From: Octopus vulgaris
Lineage: Eukaryota
DNA: 64,000 nt
Direction: 5' to 3'
NCBI GenBank assembly: GCA_951406725.2
Contig: OX597816.1
Span: forward strand, 149,234,001-149,298,000
How positions within the stretch are numbered: position 1 is the stretch's first letter; every line of letters starts with the position of its first letter. The notes under the pieces were generated by a model that saw nothing but the letters and a program-made list of their open reading frames with translations, searched no databases and was not told the origin of the DNA. Positions 26,400 to 39,819 of the stretch are shown piece after piece. A program made the position numbers and the translations under genes.

Positions 26400-28950
26400 C
26401 AGTCACTGTTTTGCTTTAAAGTATAGGGTAGTACGCTTCACTTGAAATATAGTCAAACCTACAGGCACTTATTTCTCTCGGTCTCTTTATCATAAACCCA
26501 AATTACAATATTTTAAAATTGTAAACAGAAGTTACATTTATTAAAAAAAAAGTAAATGAAACAAAATACTTTGAAATTTCGAGATTTAGATAGAATTTCA
26601 GTGAACAAAAACTAAAAGTTCAAGATGAATGTATATAAGCAATGTTCGAAATTAGACCTCGATTTATTTCTAGTCATTCATTTCAACAAATGACAGCGCA
26701 TTCCTTTTATCTTTGACTTTTTCAAAATATATCGATTCAACTTCTTATCGATAATAAAACGATTTTAAATGCATTATATGTATATATATATCAATGAGTC
26801 GTAATATTAATACATAATGCTAGAAACAATTATTAAAGTGTGGTATTAGAAATAAACGCAAGCAAAAACATTCCGCTCGGGGATTAAAATCGATCTCCGG
26901 TTTCAGTGAAAGTAATTTTCTTTTGTTCCAATAAAATTGCACAGAAGGAAATGTCGCCATCAATTTGGTCAGTAATTCCTGGAAAGCATCCTTTCAATCA
27001 CTTTCAACAGAACATTGAATATTTTCGTCATATGAAAAAAGAGAAATGTGTTATGTCGATGTAAAAATCCAAATACATGTGCACAATATATTGTTTGTTT
27101 TCAGCTATTTTCTAGAAGAAAAAGAATGTGGGAAGAATACAAGAAAAGAGAGGATTCTATTAACTTCATCGTCCAAAGTGGCTTTGACTAAAATTAAAAA
27201 AAATAATCTGCTACAAACCACATGATATAGATTTGCAGGGAGAAAGTACTTCAGTAGGGTTTCCGGAATTTTCCAATGATCAGTGGGATAGCAGCATCAC
27301 ATAAGTGATTCCTTTTCTTTTTAAATAAGCGGATTCTGTTGAATGTTTCCCAAAAGACAGCGAATAACAGTAAATTCCATTACAAACAGGGAAAGAAGAG
27401 ATGAATGAGGGAGAAAAAATGCACCTGTAGTCAGCAGTGTGATTTTATTCCAATAACGGTATTGAAAGTAAGAACAACTCTATTTCCAAATACATTCCAT
27501 TCCTTAGAGCATGTTTTACTAATATTTCATTTACGAAAATTTGGTCCTTGTTCAAGTACCTTTATAATCGTTTTTCTCATTCTTATATAGAAGCAGTGAG
27601 ATATATAAACACATATATGGAGCTACATCTTTACAAGCAAATACATTTTAGCTCATAACACATCTATATTAAAAAGGAGAGTGATACACGATAGAGAAAG
27701 ATTAGCTTATGGCGAAAATAAGCTTATTGTTTCAAGCAGGTGCTAGCACGGTTCACTGTATTCCATTAATTGTTTGAAACTGTTATTGTTGTCCGAACAG
27801 TTATTCCAACTGCCGAAGGTAGGAACGACAGTCTGCTTTTATGATAGTTGTTAGGAGTAGTGAGCATGCGGTAAATGGCACAGACATCTCCCGCCATACT
27901 GCCTGCTGAGAGAGTGAGTGACAGCGAGCGAAGATAGAGAATGAATGAATGAGAAGGAACTAGTCAGAGAATGAATGAGAGAGAGAGAGAGCGATGTACA
28001 GAGAAAGAGAGAGAGAGAGCGATGTACAGAGAAAGAGAGAGAGAGAGTGAAGCTGAGAAAACGCCAGTCGTCCGTGGAAAAACATACGAGGTAGAAAGAA
28101 ATCTATTTGTTGACTGACGAATTTAATGAGAAAATTAATTCAGGATTTTTATTATAAAAAATAAAGTAATGTCGGTGAGTTAGTGTTTTCTCCTCAGTCA
28201 AAAAGACACAGAGTATCAAGAGTGTTAATGTGCAATTGAGAAATAAATTAGAAAAAACAGTGTAAGAGCTACAGCTACGGTAATATAATGTAATTTATAA
28301 CAATCTTGGAAGTTATGAAAAGCAAACTGGAAACTATGGAAAGGAAAAAAAAAATTATAGATGAGAAGTGAAGATATTTTAAAAGATAGTAGCAAGTGTA
28401 ATGTTAAGGTTGGATAAGAAAGTGGCCGAAACCCAATTTGTATCGATAACACGAATTATATTTTGTCGATCGGAAGGAGAAAAATGAATCTTAGAACAAG
28501 CGTAGTTAACGACACTTAATTAGTTAGCAGTAGATCATACAGGGGTATTGGGACGATAACACGCCAATGAGGTGTGCAGGAATCATTAGGTGCCAACAAC
28601 TGTGCATACATTATTCCTACACCTTGTCATAAACGGTTGACTGGGGGAACATTCATCAATGTTGGAATTCAATCGTACTGGGTTAATGGGGAGGCGCTTA
28701 CTATTTGCTTGATGCATTACATGTGCAAATCACTGATTAGGTCACGAGTTCGCTCCCTCGTTTCTCATTAAATTCAATTATTTACTTCACAAGTAGACCA
28801 GGTAAGAAAAAGAATATGAACGACGGGATGCTGGTGCGAACATTGAATCAATGAAAAATAAACTGAAGGTGGTATATATAGGATGAAAATCTTTAGATTA
28901 TCAGTTAACCTCTAGAAAGAGTTTAACAAAATGAAAAATCTGTTCTATTC
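26400..28950. promoter_or_regulatory. CpG-retaining promoter-like region with a GA-rich tract, possibly bidirectional
   Basis: Frequent CGs; (GA)n with a duplicated 28-bp unit at about 27975-28050; plus-strand donors ATGTCG|gtgagt (28174) and CAG|gtaaga (28801). Confidence 0.45.
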
Positions 28951-28997
28951 TCGGTATTGACGAATGAGTGACGACAATGATATATAAATAAAATATT

Positions 28998-29392
28998 TAG
29001 TGGCTGTGTGGTAAGTAGCTTGTTTACCAACCACATGGTTCCGGGTTCAGTCCCACTGCGTGACACCTTGGGCAAGTGTCTTCTACTATAGCCTCGGGCC
29101 GACCAAAGCCCTGTGAGTGGATTTGGTAGACGGAAACTGAAAGAAGCCCGTCGTATATATGTATATATATATGAGTGTATGTGTGTCTGTGTTTGTCCCC
29201 CTAGCATTGCTTGACAACCGATGCTGGTGTGTTTATGTCCCCGTTACTTGGCAGTTCGGCAAAAGAGACCGATAGAATAAGTACTGGGCTTACAAAAGAA
29301 TAAGTCCCGGGATCGAATTGCTCGATTAAAGGCGGTGCTCCAGCATGGCCGCAGTCAAATGACTGAAACAAGTAAAAGAGTAAAAGAGAGAG
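28998..29392 (+). mobile_element. Near full-length tRNA-derived SINE (octopus-type)
   Basis: A-box-like tggctgtgtggtaag, B-box-like ggttcagtccc, internal TA/TG run, (gtaaaaga)n tail. Older copies at about 17210-17370, 30230-30360 and 53975-54100. Confidence 0.85.
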
Positions 29393-32108
29393 AGTCTGCT
29401 GCAACTATATAACTAAGTAAATGGATCTCCATTGTTTTCAACAATTTCTGTGGTTCGATCAACTGAACTACCTATTCATTGAATAGCGTGTAAGCTACAG
29501 AGAAATCCACAGACACGTGTATCTCTGACGTAGTTATCAAGAAGAATCAGCGCAACAGTGTGATAAAGATAGCTCTTGAAATAATAGAGTGCATCAGACC
29601 GGCTTCAATACAGTTTCCGTCTACCCAATTTCACTTACAATGATTGGGTCAGCTCGAAACATTTGCTAAAGATGTCAGGAAGTGAGATTGAATTTGGGAC
29701 CTTACGACTGCCCTGCGTAACAACTAAGCTATGCCTGCGTCCATACATTAATAGATTTTCAGTGATGACGGATAAATAGAAAACTACTTAGTGATTTATA
29801 ATTGTTCACCCCTCCTCCTTAGCCATTATAATACTCTTTTTACATAAGATATACTTCAAAATATGGTATTTTGCCCCAAACCAATCCAAGTATCTAGACA
29901 AGAAATAAATGCTCAACATTTAATTTTTTCTTTACTTGCCAGTAAGACAAATTGATTATAATTGAACAAATGTAACCTGAATATTTCTTGACTTTGGAAT
30001 TTTTATCCTGTAGCATCTGACCTCCAGTTCCAATATAATCTGTATTGTATAGCTTCATATTTCATAGGAAGTAGAATGTTATAACTTGTGTTGTTTATAC
30101 TTCCTTTAAAACAATTTAGTAATGCAAAGTGCTTGCAACTGGAAGACAAGGCAGGTTGCAAACTTAAATTTACAAAGTTGTTATCACTGCAGCACTAATA
30201 ACAGAGCCCATGAATAAATAGATTACAGGTGCAGGTATAGCTTTGCAATTAAGAAGTCTGCTTTGCATGGCACCTTGGGTATTTTGTACCCTAACTTAGG
30301 GTTGACCAATATCCTGTGAGTAGAAGTTGGTTGAGTGAAACTATACAGAAGCTGCCATGATTATGTAGATATCTTTTGCCATATGTCAGCATAGGGTGTA
30401 AACACGGGTGAAAATCCAGTGCTCTTCAAACAAAGTCCCCTAAATTACATATGATCCCATGTCATTCTTGTTAATTAGAAATGCAGTGAACCACTCAATG
30501 ATTAAATTGTTGAAAATTTTGTTAAACAATGACATCATTGTTCCATAAATTGAAAACAAAAGTATCTATAATTATAAAATATAATGCAGTAAACAAATGT
30601 AGAATGTTTTTATCCCCAATATAAATTTCTGAACAAGAATAAACATAAATAATGGATTTTTCTATGAAGAGATCAAAAGTTCAAGGCTTTGTGATAAATA
30701 CAAGAACCATAAATGGTTTGCTTTTCACAGCACATTCCATTTCCCTTTAATGCATCACAACTATCTACTTACACACCAACAGAGAATTCCTATAACAGGT
30801 ATAACTTTAAGAGGAATGAATTTTGCTCTCAGGTAAGTTATATGAAGATAAACTTTCCAGTGTCATTCCCATTACTGGAAGGATTAGGGTATCCAACATA
30901 TGTATGTGTGCATAATGAATATTTTAACAAACTTCATTAACTTAGAAAAATAAATAAAAAGGAATAAAAAAATAGACAATAAACCTCCTCATAACCAGCA
31001 GCAAAAGCAATCGAACTGAGTAGTAAAATAATATATGTGATAGAAACATCATTACTCATTCTTATAATTCATGAAGTGGAATCACAATTGTAAAAAATAA
31101 TGTTCTCAGGGTCAAAGTATGACCTTGATAGAAAAATTCCAGATTGACATTATATATTAGGTTATGCACCTTTTCAATTACAATGAGACTGTATTTTTGT
31201 ATGTACATGTGTCACATGGAATATATTTCAGTTGAATTACTACTGGAACATGACAATATTGGAACCACTCAGTAATTAAATGCCATAAATATCTAAGGTA
31301 CAGAATTAAATTTTATACATTCCTCTATTTCTGAAATAAAATCTCACTAGAATCAACTTTACTCTTCATCTTTATTGTCTCAATCAAATAATATTGATTC
31401 AATTAACTATCCTGCCCAAATCTATGACTCTGTTTCAATTAGAAAAAGTATATATGAAACAATATACCATATTACATTGTACAATGGAAACAATAAATTC
31501 CATGTTATCAATGATAAATGAAGCCTAGAAATAGTTTGAGATCTATTTCATAGCCTGACAAGTGCCCATAAATGTTACAAAATTATCTAAGTTGTTGGGC
31601 CTGAAAATTATCTTTAACTTTACAATCAAAATATAGTGTTTGCTGTAACACTAGCCACTATCAAAATAATGAACCATGTTGGTTAAAGTATTCATCTTGG
31701 GAGAGTTGCTTACTTTAATATAATACTTCTAATATACTATTTTGTCATACATTTAAGGAAAGAAGAATTATTAAAATAGTCTCAGCATTTGGTCCTTATA
31801 TGTAGCAAGGCTACTGTGTATACATTTCCACTCTAAGTTTGACACCAATTCTACAATCCAGTAAATAAAGTTAAATACAATAATTTTAAAAGTTAACATC
31901 TGTAAAATCTTAGGTTCATAGCTGTCTGTTACATATTGTCAGATTAAGAGGTAAAAAACTCTCTCTGTACATATTCAATTGTGAAATGGTTAGCAAATTC
32001 ACTTCATATAATAATTCACATTAGAAAATATATCTAATGTTAGCTCCAAGAACTAGGAATTAGTTGATCATAACTCAGTGTTAGAGTTTTAACAATACAA
32101 AGAGTTAA

Positions 32109-32337
32109 TTAACCTTTTCATTACCAACCCGGCTGAAACCGACTCTGGCTCTGAGTACAAATATTTTGTTTTCATAAGTTTTAAATTAAAATCTTTCACC
32201 AAACCTTAGTCACAATTTATGTTCCTAACACTAGCTTAATGATAACTAAGTTATTTTAATAAACTCTTTGTTATATTTAAAATTAATTGAAAGAACCACA
32301 GAGTATCTCAAAATAAATACAGTAACAAAAGGATTAA
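32109..32337. mobile_element. TTAA-flanked MITE, family 2
   Basis: ttaa-ccttttcattac ... gtaacaaaagga-ttaa. Confidence 0.75.
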
Positions 32338-34068
32338 TGTGGAAACTGCATCTATGAAACTCTGATATTTATAACTAGATTTACTTTTGTAAATTTTAAC
32401 CATTTAACACATCTGTAATATGATTGTTGCAGTTTCTATAACATTTAATCTTTGTATTCATAAGACAATTGACTGATAAGCTATGGAGCTAATATTGTGG
32501 GCTTGCCATATGCATCTTTCTATCACATGAAAATTAGGATGTAGTACAGCACATTAAGGTTGATTAATGTATTAACATAGTTGTACCACAGCAGAATAAT
32601 AATATAGACAGTATCTTTGATTTTGTTTCATAATTTGGATTATTTAAAGCATTTGTCATAGACATATTCTTTCTTTTTTAATAAGTTAGGATAGAAAGGT
32701 AGAAAGGTTATTTGTATGCTGATATTTAAGTAACTCTTTCTAGATTGTGTTAACTGCTTTTAGTGAAGATATGACAAGTGTATAGTAAGTAGTATGCCAT
32801 ATTTGTTAGCTTTCAAGGTGAACAAGCTTTAATTTGGTAACTATTTACACCTGATATTTGTAGCCCCCCTATTATCAAATCATTTTCAAGTTTAATATAT
32901 TCAGATCTTTATGAAATCCCACTACTTTTCCATTAAAAAACCCACAAAGCCTTTTAATACTGCATTTTGAATAAAATAAACCTCATAAATATTTTATTTA
33001 AATTCTAAAATAATCATGAATTTAGATTTGTTCATATAGTGGGGTTTCACACAAAACAAAGTTCAAGATACAATTACAAAGTATTTTTAGTTTAAATATA
33101 ATCACATAAAATGAATTATTGGTCGATATTGTATTATATAATTAACTAAATAACTGCTGGCTTCAAACTAATGAAATATGATAGGACTAGTGCATGATGT
33201 CAATTTTGACACATAACTGACTGTGAGTTTTGTTTAAATGTATGATCAAGCATTTTCAGGAAACACTAATAACAGGAAAACAGTTATAAGGAAGATGTTT
33301 ATAAGATGCAGGATGATTTCTTGGGACATTTTTAGGAAAAGCATACATATTATAAACTGCTAAATATGGTAGTTTTGAAAGAGGCTATTTTCTAAGACTG
33401 CATTTTCAGTACTACTTGTGTGAATATAACTCCATCTAAAGAATCAAATGCACCACCTCCAACATTATGTATTTTATGGTACTCTATAAACTTGCAACAA
33501 TCTGAATGTTTTCAAAACTGTGGTATTTCCAGAGTTACTGCTATTATATATAATTACATGCAAATTTGTTTGATCTTTTGAGAAAGTATGTCTCATTGAC
33601 CAATACCTTGAGTGAAATTTCCTAAACAGATACTATGTAAAAGCCTGACATGTGTAAATGTTAATTTTTGAGATATTAATTTTTAATGTCTTGAAATTAT
33701 CTCCCTTCTTTCTTTGAGAGATGTTAACTGCCATTAAGTTTTTGTTTTCTTTTTCCAAGTAATTATATTTTTTGCATACAGCATTCCATACATCACCCTT
33801 ATTTCTCTAAAAATATGTTGACTTAGACAATCAACAAAATGAATATCACAGTATATACTATATAATTGTCAGACACACTTGAATGTGTCACCCCAGGATA
33901 GCTACAGTGCAATGACTGAAACTAATGAAAGCATATATTAATGGTTAATAAAAAAAAAAATCCCCAACATTTTTGAAAACTTAAATAAGAACATAAATTA
34001 ATGCAAGACTTTTGATTAAACAAGAATGGAATTAAGAAAACAAAAATAAAAAAGGTTCGCTGACTTAC

Positions 34069-34118
34069 TGTTGAGAACCGGTGGGTCTGCTTTGATATTT
34101 GAACATTCTGGGTATCAC
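34069..34118 (-). CDS. 50-nt linker exon, phase 1 to phase 0 (xDTQNVQISKQTHRFST)
   Basis: Strong acceptor ttctttctgtttcag|GT and donor ACA|gtaagt; open in the frame required by the upstream phase-1 donors. Confidence 0.65.
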
Positions 34119-35172
34119 CTGAAACAGAAAGAAACTATTTTATCAACAAATGGGTAACAGTGGAAAATGACAAGCTTGCATTTATGCATGTAATTATAAA
34201 TAATAGGGTGAAGTTCCATTTCTGAGAATATGATACATAAGGAGTTGTAAGAAGAATAAACAGTTTAGTAGGCTGCCTGCATACATGAATCAGTTATGTA
34301 GTATAAAAACTATTTGCTGTTTCAAAGATAGAGGAACTGTTAAATCAACTGCCAGAGGTGAAATTAAACTTGCAAGCAGAATCTATCAAAGAAGGAAGAA
34401 CCAATATAATGTTCAGTTCATATTCTACAATGCATGTTTTTGATAAAAGTCATGATTTTCTGTTTTTCATTTCCAACAGTTGTTTTTGTGCTACTGCAAA
34501 ATTTCCAATAATAAATATAAAAATAATTATTTCAGTCTTGTGAGCTAGAAGTGAGGATGTATGGTGTACTTTAGGATACAAAAATCATTGTTTGCTTTTA
34601 GTTAGATAATAGTTTGATCCTTTAAAAAATTTTGATCACTAGCACATCAGTGAAGCAACATTACCGAACATACTTAATTTACAATATTTTCATGATTTTC
34701 TTTTCAAAAAAATTACATTCTCTAGAAAGAAGGAAGAGTACACAAGATAAAACAGTTAATGATTTAAGCAGAATAAACGCATACAAGAAAAAAAAAATAA
34801 ACATCAGTCATTGCTACAAAAAAATATAATTAATCACATTTTAAAGAGAATGATTGTTTAAATCTTTATTGATACAAGTCATAACACCATAATATTTGTT
34901 ATATACAAAATTTTATTACATACATTTTTGCCATTCAAACACTTATTTTAATAGAAAAATAATAGAAAATAACAAACAAACAAAAAAAACCCCACTTTAT
35001 TCAGTGCAGTAAGGATCTCCCATATATTTACATTCCAACCTTTCAAAACTTGAAAGATAATCTGTTTAAAACAGCCAATGAAATCTACTCATAAATCTTT
35101 CCAAATTGTTTTAATTTACAAAGCAATATGACCCTTCTCTTTCCCACTATAACTGGATTGATTTAAATTCAC

Positions 35173-35214
35173 TTCTGTGTTTTCTGTAATCCTTTGTTTT
35201 CTGAAAGTTTTTGT
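35173..35214 (-). CDS. Candidate exon: 42-nt internal phase 1/1, or an alternative terminal exon DKNFQKTKDYRKHRSEFKSIQL*
   Basis: Strong acceptor caattcttttcttcttctag|AC; weak donor GAA|gtgaat; minus-strand AATAAA near 34996 and 34865 would fit a terminal exon. Confidence 0.4.
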
Positions 35215-35343
35215 CTAGAAGAAGAAAAGAATTGAAACATTAATTTATAAAAATAAATATTTTATATGACAAAAATTATCATGAAATCCAAAAATGACAA
35301 AAATATATATTTAAGGTTATAAAATAAATAAAATTCAACTAAC

Positions 35344-35352
35344 CTGAAGGAG
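35344..35352 (-). CDS. Candidate 9-nt micro-exon (CTCCTTCAG), symmetric
   Basis: actttgtttctccag|CTCCTTCAG|gttagt, with strong sites on both sides. Confidence 0.4.
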
Positions 35353-35713
35353 CTGGAGAAACAAAGTTTTCTTTAAGAGTCAGCAATCAGGTTGAATGCA
35401 GCTTTCTACTTGCATCAATGAAAATCTTGCAAATCATGAATTAGGTATGTACAATTTCAAATATACTTGCTATTGAAATCATGGATTTTTAAGTATCTAG
35501 GCTGTCAGAACAAGATATTACAATTCAAATAGGTTTGATCATGATGCACTGATTATCTTCTTACAACTCACCATAACCAATTGTGACAGAAAATGGTACA
35601 CATACGTAACAATTCATGAACTTAATGAATTCAGCAAAAGTTTGAAGAGTCAAATTATTTAATATGAAAATATTTTAAAAGCATGAAATGTTTTAAAGTA
35701 TTACAGAAGTATA

Positions 35714-36410
35714 CAGGCATACCTCACCCTACGTCGTTAATTGGTTTCAGGAGACACGACTAAAGTCAAATTAACTTGTCTCTAGGCTAAACCAATAATA
35801 AACATTCCCACTTCTGTACTTTATTTATGAATGCATTTTCAATAATACATGGTTAATAAAAAGCTATTTTAAGCTTACAAACAACTAATTTTTATTTTTT
35901 AATACAGTACAGTAAAAAAAAAAAGTAATCTCAATTTACGAATACAGTTTGACGGTGTTTACTGTACATCGTATACGCCTTATTTATGAAAGTTGTTTTC
36001 TAATAAGACATGATAAAATAAAAGCCTCTTTTAAGCTTAAAAACCAAATTCAGTAATTATTATTAAATCATTTTAAATTTACCAATACATACAATTTGGT
36101 GTACAATTTCATGATTTTGTTCACTAAGCTAAACTCTTTTTTGGTGTGTATCTTAACATTTACTGTACTATTTTAATATGATTTTATATGCTTTTACCTT
36201 TACTTATTGTACAGTAACATGATTATGTGCTTTTAATGGTTTTCTAGTGATTTTACAATTCCAACATTTGTGGTAGACAGATGTAAAGTCGAGTAAAATG
36301 ACTTGATTTTTATTTTTCCATATATTATTTTTGAATGACTTAAATCGAGGTATGCTTGTATTATATGTACTGTAAAAATAAATTAACACAATGACGAAAT
36401 CTAAAAATCT
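35714..36410. mobile_element. Tigger/pogo-like non-autonomous element remnant
   Basis: TA|CAGGCATACCTC terminus typical of Tigger elements; the right boundary is uncertain. Confidence 0.45.
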
Positions 36411-37099
36411 GAATCTCTAAATGGATTTTGCTAGGGAAGACATGCCAGAGATGTAAAACAGAACAACTAGGTGTCTCTGAAGGACAAGTTACGAAACAAT
36501 TCTATAACTGGAGCAGTATTCAACCACAACTAAGTAACAGGTTTGGAAGAGGTTAAAGATAGTGATCATGAAGAAGCTACACTGAGAGCAAGATATCAAG
36601 TTTAAGCGTTGGGAAACCAGGAATAGAATTCTGTGACATGAGGATAAGGATCACATGGTGTTCCAAACACTAAGGTAGAATGTTTGAATCAAGAGGTTAC
36701 TGTGTGTGTGTGGAGGGGTTACACACATGTGGATGTGTGCATGCAGTTTCCTGCAAGGATGATGCATGAAACTCCTTCCATGAGATCTTGTTGAAAGTGG
36801 AATGCAAATGGGATAGTAACTACTCCAAGTAATGCAATTGTAAGAATTGATAGACAGTGCTATATTTTCAGTATCACTCAATTCTTTTAATTCTCTATAT
36901 ATTATTTCCAACTCAGTTGTCACATGTATATTTTGATGGAATTAGTTTGTTTTAGAATTGCTACAGTAATAAGTTACATGCATTTGCAAGTAGGCATTTA
37001 GACAAAGTCTTAATTCTGAATATAAAATGTTTCAACAGCAAAGGGTTGAAGATAGTGAAAAGAAACTCATATGGCATATTTTTCACCAACATACTAGAC

Positions 37100-37415
37100 T
37101 CTAGCCTAATGTTGCACTGTCTCTTCTTTCTGCTGAATGTCAGGAAGGCCATGAGCCAAGTTCCAGCAACATAGATAAGTCCCATCTGCTTTGATACATT
37201 TGTTCCATTGATTTTATGTCCTGATGGGTTACCAAGATTTTCAAGGAAATTGTTATAGTGACTGTGGAGACAGTGCAGTTTTATACTCATATTTGCTCCC
37301 AACTTTTGAAAGCTGTCCAGAATGTTATTGACTATTTTGGTGTAGTTAGCTGCTTTCTTGATGCCCAGAAAGTCATTTATAACTATTAGAAATGATTTCC
37401 AGGCTGTTACTACAG
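37100..37415 (-). mobile_element. Chapaev3-like (CMC) transposase C-terminal remnant
   Basis: AWKSFLIVINDFLGIKKAANYTKIVNNILDSFQKLGANMSIKLHCLHSHYNNFLENLG matches the recalled FLGN.K..NY...LG.NMS.K.H.LHSH...FPENLG motif. Confidence 0.75.
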
Positions 37416-37537
37416 TCTATGCTGGGCTACAGTCTTAATTAGTATGACAATTAGTGAATTATATATAATTAATAGAATTTTGACTCGAAATACTTCAATA
37501 ACGAAGAGGATAATCCATAATTTGTAAATGATGTTAC

Positions 37538-37567
37538 CTGTTGTTGATAGAAAATTATAAAGGGTTT
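37538..37567 (-). CDS. Candidate 30-nt symmetric phase-1 exon (xTLYNFLSTT)
   Basis: ctgctag|AAACC...CAACAG|gtaaca; open in phase 1; weak acceptor. Confidence 0.25.
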
Positions 37568-38691
37568 CTAGCAGTCACCATTTGATAGACATAGAAAATA
37601 ATCTATAACATATTTTAATCCAAATCTACAAAGCATAAACTATAAAAACAAACAAGGTTTCTATAAATACAGATACAATATCATCACACTCTATCCTATC
37701 ACCAAAATTGATACTTATCAAATGCTCCATCTAGAGACAAAATGAATACCTATGCAGGATAAAGAACAAAATTTTAGACTTATTCCCTACATCTACTTGA
37801 ATCTGAAGATATGAAGGAAAAAAAACCCAAGGTTAATGTCAATGAAATTAAGTCACAAGCTTCACTTACAAAAGTATTAGCACAACTACAATGTTATTTT
37901 ATATAAGTCTCTTAAATATACCAAGTAGTATATTACAGCAAAATATTTTCTTGGTAATTTACATGATTAAAAAAATATTTCCTTTTCTCTGAAATGCATA
38001 AAAACACTGAAATTAAAAACCTCGGGAAAAGACAACTATAAAGAAAAGAAAAAGAAATGATCTATACCCATCGAAGATAAAAAGTCTTATGTTGAACATT
38101 CTTGTTCAGTTCAAACTAAGATCACATAACGTACAAATGTTGAGTACTGTTAGTGTCTTTATTAGGTAAGTCAAATTGCAGGACTTGTGCTAAATTAATA
38201 TTATATTTCTAAATATCGACTAAACATATCGTTTTTTATTTAAAACGGTCTTTCAAGTATAAATAGTAAGCGTTCTTATATAAACATGATACTAAACATT
38301 CGTTTATACAATAGCGAAATATAAAGGATAGAATTTAAAAGCTGAACGTAAATTAGTATAGTTACAAACGGAAAGACAAAAACAATTTTAAGAGACGATA
38401 AGAGCATGAAATGCAACCAGATTAATTGTCTCTATAACTTCTCTACGTTATAGATCTAGCATTCTCTCAATACTCCACCTCCATCATTAGAGAAAGCTTG
38501 TACATTGCATGACGTCAAACTCAAGTCCGACTCAGGTGGATTCTCAAAATGTTTCTCTCACTCTCACTACGCTGATACTACTTAACTATCTCCCTCTTTG
38601 TATCTATTTCTCTCCTTCATACGGTCTACGTTATGTATAAGATACCAACAGCAAAACGTTGCCTGTTTAGTTCCCTAGTTTTACAACTCAC

Positions 38692-39133
38692 CTTTTTGGT
38701 TCGGCGTCTGAAAATTGAATCCGTATCTAGCTTGGAAGCGCTCATACCAATTATTACGGAAGCAAAATTCATTGTAACCAAGGCTGTGTGCTACTTCAAC
38801 AGCTTTTCGCTTGATTTTGGTGGCATTTAATTGTACTCCTTGACGACGAAGCTGTAAGACCCATTTGTATATGGCCTGTTCGACATCTCTATAAATTGTA
38901 CTTCTAATTCGCTTGCGTTGTGACGAGCCATTGTCTGTGAAATCTTCCAAAATACGCGCGCGGTTTTTCATAATAGTTGATAATGTTGTCGCTGGGATAC
39001 CGAATTCGCGGGCGATAATTTTTTTCTTTTTTGTGCCTTCGTCTACGGCACGTATTATAGCCACTTTTGTCTTGAGGAGCAAACCTTTGCGTTTGCAACC
39101 ATAAGGCTTCGATTTATTGATACCAGAAGTCAT
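38692..39133 (-). CDS. CENP-B/Tigger-type DNA-binding exon (HTH_psq/CENP-B_N + HTH_Tnp_Tc5), 147 codons, phase-1 donor
   Basis: KRKGLLLKTKVAIIRAVDEG...IAREFGIPATTLSTIMKNR and YRDVEQAIYKWV...R.QG..L....IKRKA...A..LG..EF.....W.ERF..RYG; donor AAG|gtgagt; no DDE domain follows. Confidence 0.92.
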
Positions 39134-39759
39134 TTTTTTTAAAGCTGCAGTCTACTTATCGCTTCTCACTCTACTCACTTTTACTACGTTATATTTAGAA
39201 TGAAGTCACACTCACTTCGTTCACTGCCTGCAATGATTGGCCTTAGAGTTAGAGAATTACTACTGAAAGATTTAATGCACTATGTGGCCTCTAGCAGCAC
39301 TTGAGCTCTCTAGTAGTAATCGTCTAAACAAACCAATGTATTGTAGCTGCATAGATTTTAGTTAAATAAACCGGATTCAATGAACTAAATTACTAAAGTT
39401 TTCATATAATAATAACAATAATAAATAACAGAAATACCGGAGGTAGGGGTAAGGATAAAGAGAAGTTATGATAGTATTTAAAGCGCTCGAATTTTGTTAA
39501 ATTGAACGGTGGAATATAAGGAGTTTCCTCATTACTGATTGTGAGTGGATGTGTATTGCGTTGGTCTTACACAATGTCTCGAAAAACAAACAAAAAACGC
39601 TTAAACAATTTCAAAGGAGGTAGGGGACATTGATTAATAGGAAGATTTATCACTATAAATCAAACAACAAAACCTCGATCTCTTTAGAAAGGAATCTTAA
39701 CACTGCATTGATAAAATGTTATAATGGAATTAATTTTAATATATGTATATATGTATATA

Positions 39760-39819
<60 letters not shown>

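Noticed and set aside
28998-29080. tRNA gene
   Set aside because: A/B boxes are present, but the sequence continues into a SINE body and tail and has multiple degenerate copies.
38681-39133. Autonomous Tigger/pogo transposon
   Set aside because: No DDE domain and no flanking TIRs; the ORF ends at a splice donor, so it is treated as a domesticated exon.
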